Position numbers and translations under genes: made by a program | The notes under the pieces: model-generated | Databases searched by the model: none | The model's input: only the letters and a program-made list of their open reading frames with translations | Told to the model about the DNA's origin: nothing | NCBI RefSeq assembly: GCF_009914755.1 | Contig: NC_060930.1 | Reading direction: 5' to 3' (one strand) | From: the human T2T-CHM13v2.0 reference genome, Homo sapiens | DNA length: 64,000 nt | Shown: piece after piece, positions 13,890 through 24,894 of the stretch | Layout of the letters: the number at the start of each line of letters is the position of its first letter | Numbering within the stretch: the stretch's first letter is position 1

Positions 13890-14920
13890 GAAGCCTTCTT
13901 AAGTCTTTGCTCAAATGCCACCTCCTTGATGAGCCTATCCTGGCACCCTACTGAAAATTCTAACTCCTGTCCCTAATCATAAGTCCCCTTGACCTGCCCT
14001 ACTTTTTTTCTCTTTAGTATATATTACTCCTAGCATACTATATAACTTATCATTTTATCATGTCTCTCTTCCCACTGTAATATTCCAAGAAAAGCATTTT
14101 TGACTACTTTGTTTGCTAATTTCAGCCTATATCTAGAACAGAGCCTGGCAAATGATGGGCATTCAGTAAACGCTTATTGAATAAAGCACTTCCATCCCCA
14201 AATGGCAATTTCTGTTTCTAAAACCCATGCAGAACTAGCTTGTGTCTACCCCTGTGGTTCCAAATCCCTATCTATGGAAACAGAATTTTAAATTCATCAA
14301 TTAAATATTGAGCACTATGCCAGGCACTGTGCTGGGTGCTGGGGAAACAAACATGAAGAAGACAGGGTCTCTGCCTGCAAAGAGCTTTAGGTTAGTCAGG
14401 GAGATGTTTGCAAACGCAAACTACTATAATACAACACAGTAAGCGCAATGTTCAAGACAAACACGTCATTAAGGAAACACAGATGAGGGGTGTATGTGCC
14501 TCAAAGATCAGCTAAGCCTCTGGCAGAAATCAAAGCCCTGGTGAGTTCAGGCTTCAAGGCTGAGTGAGTGTATGTAGCTGAAGAGTGTATGTGAGGGGAA
14601 GTTAAGAGAGGCAGGGGGTCATGGTGGTGGCTGAAAAAAATGAACCTCAAAGTTTAAATGCCTACATCCAAAAGGTGATGAAATTGCTTTATTGTTGTCA
14701 TTTATTCATTTATTTATTCAGCAAATATATGTTGTGCTCCTGTTCCATGCTAATCTGGGGATTCAGCAATAAACAAAACAGACAACATTTACTTCTGGCT
14801 TCATGGAGCTTGCATTCTAGTGAGAGGAGACATAATAAACAAAATTGATACATGAATTATATATTAGAAAACAAGCGCTATTGATGAAAATAGAGTAAGG
14901 AAGGAGAATGAAGAACACTG
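13890..14920. mobile_element. Cluster of L2 3' fragments in both orientations
   Basis: CTCAAATGCCACCTCC...TATTGAATAAA on plus; TATTGAGCACTATGCCAGGCACTGTGCTGGG on minus. Confidence 0.7.
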
Positions 14921-15219
14921 AAGGAATGAATGAACTGCAACACCTTGGGTTTGAATTACCACCTCTTTTTAGGTCATCTCCTAAAATCCTCTATTGAAAA
15001 TCTTCCTGAAGATGGTGGTGGCCCGCCTGTGGTTTCAGAGGCTTTGTTCAAGCAAGTTGGAAGAAGGAAAGAAGCCTTTATGTGTTACAGTAATTATAAC
15101 AGTAATTATACTTTCTATTAAATCCTGTGAAAGACCTAAAGTAATTATCCAGCAAATAAACAAATGAAAAGACCCTCAGCAACAGGCATCAGGGCAAAGA
15201 TGCTGTGAGAAGGCCTTGT

Positions 15220-15470
15220 GCTGTGATGAGGAGTGCAGGCTCCCAGCCTGACAACCCAGTTTGGATCTCAGCTCTGCCACTTCTTGGCTCTGTGACTTGG
15301 GAGCTCCTTCATGTCACAAAGCCTCACTTTTCCCAACTGTGAAACAAGGATGATCCTAACAGTTCTTATTATATATGGGAATGTGAAGATTCCAAGGGAT
15401 GATATAGAAAGCCACTTAAGTGCAGAGGCTGGCAAGTAGTAAACACTCAATGTATGTTAGACATTATTAT
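15220..15470 (+). mobile_element. MIR
   Basis: TCTCAGCTCTGCCACTT...TGTGACTTGGG...GCCTCACTTTTCCC. Confidence 0.75.
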
Positions 15471-16839
15471 TATAGTCAAATATGAACTTTTGACATTTAA
15501 TTATTGAGATCTTTCACCAATGACCCTAAGGAGCATGAACTCTTCTCTTAGACAAATTGGTTTTGCAACACAACATGTGAGGAAACATTTGGATTAAGGG
15601 AGAGGAGAGGCAAATGTGGTTGGGCAGGGCCAGAGGTGCTTTTGAGCACAGTCTAGGGTGGAATGAGACCAAAATGTCTAAGCACAAGACTAATGAATGA
15701 GATGAGAAAGGGGAAGAACAGTTGGATGATCATACAAAATATAGTGTACGTTGGGGAGACCTCTGGGATGTGAGGAGGGCACTTGCAACTATGTCATATA
15801 AAGAATTATCTGGAGAAGACCCATATTTAGTCAGGAGAAGAAGACCTGGAAATGTGGTCAGGCCAAACAGCTTTCTTCAAAGAACAAAAGTACTTTTCTG
15901 GCAAAGAGCAGACTTGCTCTGTTGGCTTATGGAGCACAGTAGTAATAGGAAAGTAGTTTGAAGTTACGAGGTTTCAGAAAAAAAAAATTGATTAATCATG
16001 AAAATGGTTTCAATAAGGATTGAGGGCTCCATCACTGGGGGAGTTCAAGGAGAGGCTTAAATACTGGAGAGGAGATGGTTACATAAAATAGGGGACACTT
16101 ACTTGTCTCTACAGTCCTTTTCAACCTTTCAATCTTGACTTAAAGCCTTAATTAAGGAGGTCAATATAACAGGAAGACCTGGAGAGCTCCAGGCTTGGAA
16201 ATAACTTGAGTAAAGTCAAAACTAATCAATAGAAAAGAGATGGGGTAAGCCTGCTGTTCAGGAGAAGTTTGCAGAAATGAAGCCAGGAGGTAATGATGAT
16301 ATAGTCCACAAAGATTATCTAAAATGTTTTCTCACTTTATCATCACCATAATCCTGAGAGGTCAGTAATACCCTCATTGCCATTTCATAGATAAGCAAAG
16401 AGAGGCCTGGAATGCTTAAGTCTTGCCCATGCATTTTGCTAATAAGGGCCATCCTGTAATTTGAGCCTAGTTGTCTAATTTTTAGTCCAGAATTATTTCC
16501 AGTTCACTCTAAGGAATTTTCACATAGTATTAAGAGAGAGGGGTTAAAAAAAGGAGACATGGTTGTTTAATAAGTTGTAATAGCCTCCTTACTGATTTCC
16601 CTTACCCCCATTTTCTCCTTTCTTCTAGCTAGGCTGGACTCCAGAGGCACCATGATCTTCCTAAATTATGGCTCTTGAAACTCTGATGATTCTCCTGTGG
16701 TTCATACAATTAATTGACAATGCTTAGGTTGGTGCTCAAGGTCATCCATAGAATGACCTATCAATGACCTATCCTCATTCCACAGCATTATTTCTCACTA
16801 CTCCCTGTGTATACCTGGAGTGGCTCAATTGGAGAGTGC

Positions 16840-17080
16840 TTGCTCTATGAAAAGGACAGACCTAGCTCATGTTGAGCCAATGGTGGTCTGTGGGAAGGGA
16901 CACCCAGTGATACCAGCTCTACCAATTTTTTAAGAGAATTTGGAAGATAGTTTTTAATGTCAAATCTTACTTATGTTTAAAGACTAGTAAGGAATTCAAT
17001 TTTAAACAACACTGTACAGGCCAAATAAAATGCACCTATGGATTTGGCTTGCAGGTGGCCAATTTTGCAACTTCCAGCCT
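16840..17080 (-). mobile_element. hAT-Charlie fossil (MER102-like)
   Basis: CCCAGTGATACCAG...AACACTGTACAGGCCAAATAAAA...TTTGCAACTTC resembles recalled MER102. Confidence 0.55.
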
Positions 17081-18144
17081 AAAAAAGCTAATTTTTAGAT
17101 AGAACTGGTCCTCCTCATTTGCCCAACTTAAAAGAAAATGAGGAAGCCCAAGTTACTAAATTTGCACCTTTGTCATGGTGCTTATATACTACCCATCCCT
17201 GGTAGACTAAGATTTTGAGGTAAGGTGTTTCCCATCCTTTGGGTGTTACAAAGTGCTCCAATTCATACCCGGTTCTTAAACACTGTTTCTGAATTTTCAC
17301 TAAGTAGAAAAGACCTGAAGAGATTTGGTTTTGCTTAAATATGAAGTTAGTAAAGATGGGTTCAGATTCCATGCCTGAGTAATGACAATAATTGCCTGGA
17401 ATAATTGTGTAGGAGGATCAAGCAGAAAAGCAGAAGGTTCAAGGGAAGTTGAAGCATTCAGATGGTATTATGTTGTGCTCATTCAGAATTAAAGAGTTCA
17501 AGGTACTCTTGAGTTTATTTTACTTCCATGCACAAGAAAGAATCTGAAGCTGGAATACCATCAGGAAGTAATTATAAAATTTTTGTGCTCAGACCTTCTA
17601 TTCTACAACACAAATTAGAAGGTGGAATGAATGAGAAGCATGCAGTGTCCCGGCTTAACACTCTTGTGAAGAAACTTTGTTTTCTAATATTTGTTTAAAA
17701 AAAAGAATGAAGATTGATTCATACTTCTTCCAAAGAAATCTCTTAGTGGAATTAATACTGATTGTTGCTGGCTTATTTCTCCATAGTACTGGCAAATAAA
17801 TAGCTGTTTTAAACAATTTTTTATTTTTGGCACAGTGTTGTACCAAATGAAGCAACTGATATCATCAAAATTAGTGACCTTATAGAGAATTTGTCTAAGA
17901 GTTATTTTTATTTGAAGCTTAGAAAGACCTGATGGATTTTTCTTTTATTCCTTCACAAAAATGGATGATGCTCTATGTAGGAAGTTTACTTAGAAATTAA
18001 GTGAATTTCAGAAAAATGCCATATATTTTTTGGATGGAGATGATTCTCAATATAGCAGAACTGCTGTGTCTTTAAGAGAGCTAAATATCATTAATAGACT
18101 CAGTAGAACTTAAGGTATTTTCAATATCAAAATTTAGAGAAGAG

Positions 18145-18350
18145 GCAATAATAACAATAACAACCATCTATTGAGTACCTACATGCTTTAGGTACATTCT
18201 TATTTCAGTTACAACACCCTGAAGAGTAGCATTATTATACATACTTTACAGAGGGGAAAACTTCCCAAGACTGCAAAATTAGTAACTATTAGGGCCAGGG
18301 TTCCAGCCCACGCTGGTCTGGCTCTAAATCCCATTCCCTCTCCATGATGC
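18145..18350 (-). mobile_element. MIR
   Basis: TATTGAGTACCTAC...TTTACAGAGGGGAAAACT...GTCTGGCTCTAAA. Confidence 0.7.
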
Positions 18351-18984
18351 CCAAAGTGAGTGGTCTGAAGACTACACCCAGTGCTCTGCCTCCTGGTTCA
18401 GCCCTCCTTCTGTCTCTCTACAGCCCATGGCTGTATCATGGGTTCTGTTGCATCTAAAAGGGTTGGGAAAGGCTGAGGATGGACACATCTACATAAGCAG
18501 AAACTTACTGGTTTATTCTATGCAACTCACGCCCCAACCAATGGCTGTAAAAGATGTGAATGATACTCTGGGTTTGATCAGAAATGGTCCTGTCATCTGT
18601 TAATAGAGATCTACCTGCAAATGAACAGAATTACCTAAGTGAATGGCAGCAACACATACAACAGGGTAAGTGCATGGGATGCCCAGTCAGCATGGAAGAA
18701 CTGCAAGTGCCAAGGCATGGAAGTGGGACTGGAGAAGCAGCCTACCGGGCCGTAATCTCTCCAACTGACCTAGAAAGAAGTAATCCGATTGAAGAGTGCC
18801 TTGTACCTGCCATGCCTTTGAAACCCCAGATCAAAGCTTCCTTGTTTCATGAAATCTTGACAAACTTCTCCTAAGACTGTGTTTTCAGGACTTATTAACT
18901 CCCTCTGGATTGCTGTTTAGCATATGTGAATCCTAGAACTTGAGTTCTGGTCATTTATTTAAAGGATTCATTTGTCACCTGCAC

Positions 18985-19235
18985 TAGAGATTGTTATGTG
19001 TCTCCCAATATCCACCTTCCTCTTCTGTTTATAATAGAATCCTGACTTTTAGCTGGGCATAGGACCACACAGGAAAAAGGTGATATTCTCAGCCCCTCTT
19101 GTGTCCAGATGAGTCCATATTCTCATTTTCTGTCCAGTTGAATCTGAGAGGAAGTGATATGTGTAACTTCTGGAGTCTGCCCCTATAGGCAGAGGGGCTT
19201 ATCTCCTTCCGCCTCTTCTTCCATCCTGCTGCCCT
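18985..19235 (+). mobile_element. MaLR LTR (MLT1) fragment
   Basis: AATAGAATCCTGACTTTTAGCTGGGCA...GAGGAAGTGATATGTGTAACTTC. Confidence 0.55.
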
Positions 19236-20029
19236 CATCCAACCTTTATTCAGCACCTACTAAATGTAGATACTTAACCTATGAAGCTGTAACTCATGGG
19301 TTACATGCCATGCTAAGGCAAGGCTGGTGCTATGATGGCAACAGTTAAGTACAAGGACATGGTATCAGACTTTTCTTTCTCCTAGCGTGGTATATGGTCA
19401 ACTTCGGGAGTTTTAGCCCCTATGAAAATATTTTAGCAATAACATTGAGATGTTATTATGTATGTGCATGTGTATTTGCTCTCAGGAGGTGCCTAGAATA
19501 TTCTAAGTCCAGCATTTAACATCACTGAATTTCCACTTACGAGTTTTTAGGAATTTGAGGAGGAATCAGGGCAGAACAGTTAGATAAGGGATATCTGTCT
19601 GGGCTTGTAAGTCTGTCTCCCTTGCCCAGAGTAAGTGATTCCCCAGGGCAGGAACCAGGGTTTGGATTTCTGATTTTAGACCTTCTTCTCTGGAAGACAA
19701 TCACAATATTCCTGCTGAACTAAATGTGCCTCATGAATATTTTAGGTGTAGTGCCAACAAATATGCCTGTCTCCCCAGAAACCTTACCCTTGTTGAATGG
19801 CAACTTAATCATATCCTCAAGATGGCTGCTTTTCTAGTTTGACTTCTTTCTTCTTTAAAAAGGAAAGACAGAAGACTAACTAGAAGGCAATCAACATAAT
19901 TCAAGGATACTGGGACTCTGCAGTTTCACAAGCCCTCATCGGGTCTGGCTGCAATACTGCAGCCGCCTCCTCATCTGTTAATAGAGAGGTATTTGCAAGT
20001 GGCTCTGCTCCCTACTTGGCATGTTGGCC

Positions 20030-20560
20030 TTAGTGCAGTCACAGTTCACACTCCAGCCAGAGTGGACTTCCAGTCAGACTAGGCAATGAGCCACTCCTCT
20101 GCTGAACATGCTTCCCATGACCCAATCCTGTTAGACTTGCACATAAGACCCAAACTCCTTCATAATGTGACCCCAGTTTCTGTGTAATACTACGTTCATC
20201 CAGGACTCTAATTCTTAGAGTTCACCATTCTCTCTGGCATTTCTGCTTTAGTGTAGGCCTCTTCCTTTCCCATCTTTCCTTCACCTGGCAAATTCCTACT
20301 TAACCTATAAAGCTGTAACTCATGGGTTACCTCCTTGGGGTAGCCTTCCCTCCTCATCCCAGACTACTCTCTTACAGGCTTCCATAGTGTACTGGGCTTA
20401 CTCAAACCATGGCACGCTCTATGTTCTACTCTCTATGTACTTATTTACTACCTGTACTCCTTCACCAGCCTAGAGACTCACTGAGGGCAGGAGGCATGCC
20501 TCACATTCCTGAATTCCCATGTCTGGAGGCAGTACCTACTACACACTGAGTGCTCCATCA
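20030..20560 (+). mobile_element. L2 3' portion
   Basis: CACCTGGCAAATTCCTACT...GCCTTCCCT...TGAGGGCAGG. Confidence 0.6.
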
Positions 20561-21234
20561 CATTTCTCAAGTGGGACTGTCTCACTAATGCTATACCAGG
20601 GCATCAGGAATAATGGCTCCTATTTATTGATCACCTATATCCCATAGCCTTCAACCTAAATTTGTATCTTCTTTTTACATATAAGGAAAATCTTAAATAA
20701 GAAATATCCTGAACTCAGGTCTTTCTGCCTCCAAAGAACAAGTTGCTTTCCATTATACCTTTATAACAAATGGCTTCTTGGTTCCAACTTCAAGAACTAT
20801 ACAATCATAATGTGAAGTAAAAATGTGCAAACTTGTATCTCTCCTCTATTGATTTGTTATATAATTTGGGGAACTCTTCTAACCAGAATTTCTCATTGAG
20901 AGAATCATATACTTCCTGACTACATCAAAGAGGTGTTATGAGGCAACATTCATTCAAAGTGAGTTCCAGTCTTCTGAGGCTACATAAATGCTAACTGTTG
21001 TTAGTAATATGTAAGAATTATTTAAATATAGAATACTATTTTGCTAAGCACTACAAATGGAGTACTTCATTATACAGTGAGAATATAAAATACACCATGC
21101 ACTATCTTGCTCATTAATAATTCAAATCTACTCTTATTTATTCAAGCAACAAATAGTGGGGGCTTTTAGCTTAGTTTTTCTTTTTGTTTTTTAGTATCGG
21201 AATTGTTTACTATTATGGGTACACCATACCCAGT

Positions 21235-21557
21235 GGCTGGGTGTGGTGACTGATGCCTGTAATCCCAACAGTTTGGGAGGCTGAGGTAGGCAGATCACTT
21301 GAGGCCAGGGGTTCGAGGCCAGCTTGGCCAACATGGCAAAGTCCCATCTCTACTAAAAACACAAAAATTAGCCAGGCCTGGTGGCGCATGCCTGTAATCC
21401 CAGCTATTTGGGAGGCTGAGGCATGAGAATTGCTTGAACCCAGGAGGCAGAGGTTGCAGTGAGCCGAGATTGCAACACTGCACTAAAGCCTGGGCAACAG
21501 GGTGAGACTCTGTCAAAAAAAAAAAAAAAAAAGAAAAGAAAAAAAACCACAAAAAAG
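21235..21557 (+). mobile_element. AluS (Sx/Sz-like), full length
   Basis: Dimeric Alu with A-rich linker and tail. Confidence 0.95.
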
Positions 21558-21935
21558 ATGTTTACTAGTTTTATGATATAAGTTTATAAGCAGCCAGAGT
21601 AGGTGTGTAGGTGTATATGGCCAAATACAGAGATTTTTTAGGATAAGATGCCTCCTAAGCAAAAAAACAAAAAACAAAAAAAAAAACTGAACTCAGTTGG
21701 GCAATTAATCTAATTTCTACCTATCTCCACTGTTTTAAACTAGAAATGGAAATTGAAGGTCAATGTTGTAAATATTACAATTATAGTTAAGCATTACTGC
21801 GGTGAAACAAGTCCATAACTCCATGTAAAATTCCTGCCCAAAGAAAGGTGTTTAGATATATTTTAAAGAAATGGGTTCTGAGTTCAACCTCTCTTTTCCT
21901 TCATGGGCATCTTGCCTTAAAACTTCTGTATTCTG

Positions 21936-22213
21936 TGTGGGTGTGGTCGCTGTCTGTAATCCTAGCACTTTGGGAGGCCTAGGCAGGCAGATCGCTTGAG
22001 CTCAGGAGTTCAAGACCAGCCTGGGCAACATGGAAAAACCCTGTCGCTACAAAAAATACAAAAGTTAGCTGGGCATGGTGGTGTGTACTTCTAGTCTCAG
22101 CTACCCGGGAGGCTGAGATGGAAGCATCACTTGAGCCCAGGAAGTGGAGGCTGCAGTGAGCCAAGATCACACCACTGCATTCCAGCCTGGGCGATAGAGC
22201 CAGATCTTGTCTC
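21936..22213 (+). mobile_element. AluJ lacking a poly(A) tail, 17-bp TSD
   Basis: TSD AAAAC(T/A)TCTGTATTCTG at 21919-21935 and 22214-22230. Confidence 0.93.
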
Positions 22214-22349
22214 AAAACATCTGTATTCTGCTATGCACATTACTCTGTCTGAATGCTTATTAAAACTGGCCTTGAATCTAGAAATCTAGGCCATCTTTTT
22301 CAAAGAAGGTGGTCTAGCAGCATGTTTTAGGGTTTGCAAATGGGAGTCT

Positions 22350-22840
22350 ATCATTCATTTGTAAACACACATTTTCTCCATGTTACCATATGCATCTCTA
22401 GGGATGCAGCAGTAGACACACAGAAAAGCCCCTGCCCTCATGAAGCTTGCATTCTGGTGAGTGGAGATAGACAATGAGCCAATACATGAACACACAATAC
22501 AACATCTTGTGATTGTGTTGAAAGACAAGGCAGGATGAGGGGTGGAGCGGGGCCTGTGGTCTGTGTAGGTGTGGTAGTCAGGAACAGCTCTATGATGAGT
22601 GAGGAGCAAGCCATGTAGGCTCCAGAAGGAAGAAGATTCCAGGTAGAGGGCACAGCAAAGGCAAGTTCCAAGGGATGCTTGGTACAGGCAGGAAGTGGGG
22701 GTTAGAGCAGAGTGAAAGGGGGAGAGGTGCAGAGGAGATGAGGTCAGCAGGGCTGTTGGGGCAAGGTCTGATGGGCCTTGAGGGCCACAGCAAGGATTGG
22801 GCTTTCTTCTGAGTGTGATAGGAGCCACGGAGTCTCTAAA
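22350..22840 (-). mobile_element. L2a
   Basis: CCCTGCCCTCATGAAGCTTGCATTCTGGTG...ATTCCAGGTAGAGGGCACAGC. Confidence 0.8.
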
Positions 22841-23349
22841 TTCTGGTGGGGTCAGGGAGGGGGTTCTACACTTGCTTTTTCATTCAGGCTGCTTCCCTTT
22901 CCATTAACTGAGTCAACAACAGCAACTTCCTGGAGGCTTCATTCCACAACATCCCCTTGTGGCTACAGTGAAGATACTTCCTGTTTATCCAGGCCCCTCA
23001 TTTCCTGCTGTCTCCTGTTCTACAGGGAACACTTATCTAGAGAGGTTTGGAAGAGTTTGGAAGAGACAAGAAAAGAGGTTTGGAAGAGACACAGCCTGAG
23101 AAGAACTGCAGCATCTCTGCTCCCTGGGAGGGCCTGTAATTCCTCACTCCCAAACTGAGCCAGTCCCTTCTGATGTAGGGTTCTGTCACCTCTGAGTGTC
23201 CCTGAGGTGAGGGCACTGCTGCCCCTGTGCAAAGATGAGTTGAAAACTGCAGGGGAAGAGTTTGATATAATGAGAGGCAAGTAAGGTAGACTTCCCTGGC
23301 AAGAAAACTTAGAACTCCATGTACAAAGTCCACTACTACTGAGGATGAT

Positions 23350-23600
23350 GATGATGGTAATGAATGACATTACTTGCATGTGTTCTGTCTGCCAGTCATT
23401 ATGTTAAGTGTTTTACATACTCTAATGCATTTAGCCATCACCACCAACCTATGAGGTAAGCAGTATTATTTTCATCAGTTTGTAGTTGAGGAAACCGAGG
23501 CACAGAGCAGTAAGGATCCTTGCTCAAGGTCACACTATCAAGTGGCCTAGAGGTCAAGTAGAGAGTTCTCTCCAGGATGTCTCACTCTGGAGACTAGACT
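23350..23600 (-). mobile_element. MIR
   Basis: ACAACCTATGAGGTA...GAGGAAACCGAGGCACAGAG...CAAGGTCACA. Confidence 0.85.
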
Positions 23601-24570
23601 TCCTTCTCACATGCCCTACGTCAGCAAAGGAAGCCTCTTTAGAGGTCATAACAGCATCATCCTTTTTGGGGAAAAAGGAACTGAGGAGAATAAAGGCCAG
23701 CACTACATAGGCTTTTGTATCCAATGGGATTATACATCCCTATATCTGCAGAGCCTAATCTGAGGCCGTGACCATAGAAGGCATTCAATGTATATTTGCT
23801 GAATGAATGAATAAAAGTGCTTTCTATAGTGCCTGACAAATAGTCAGTGCTCAATACATTGTTGCTATTATTAAGTTTGCTCATGGGTTATGTGTCCTGT
23901 TCTAGGAAAGGTAGGCTGAGATTTTCTTAGTCAATACCCAAAGGCACAGTAAAGTCATAGAAGATGAAATCAATTCTATTAGATGCACTGATAATGCAGG
24001 CTATAATAATACACCAAGAGATCTTGTGTTGTGTTGTGAAAGAATCCCAGTCCAAGTTTTCCCATTATGAGTTGTGTGGCTTTGTTTACCTTGGAGGTTT
24101 CCTGTGAAAAAGCTGAGTTTTGTATAATTTGGAAAGCACTGTTCAGATGTAAAATATTATTAATATTGCTTTCACTGCCTCTGCCCTACAATTCTTCACA
24201 GATTATCCCTCACTGAGTCAATGGAAAATGCTTGGTGACATAAGCAAGGAGGTGGAGGAGCTGTCAAACCAGGCGCATGTCAAACCAGGGAAACCCTTGC
24301 ATTTTCCAGAAAACTTTTCTTTTTCCCAAACTAGATGGCATAATTAGATTTTGAAACAGATTCTAAAACAAAATCCAAAATAGATGCTATGCCTTCAATT
24401 GCCACATTAGATTTATTAAGAAAAGCTAACATGATCTCAACTACTGATTTATGTACAAGTAGTATAACACCACTTCTGATAAGAAATAGACAAAAACAGT
24501 GTTTTAAGCATCAGATGAAATATTACATATGAGTTCAATGTCTTATCTTCCCAGCTTTATACCCCAATAA

Positions 24571-24894
<324 letters not shown>

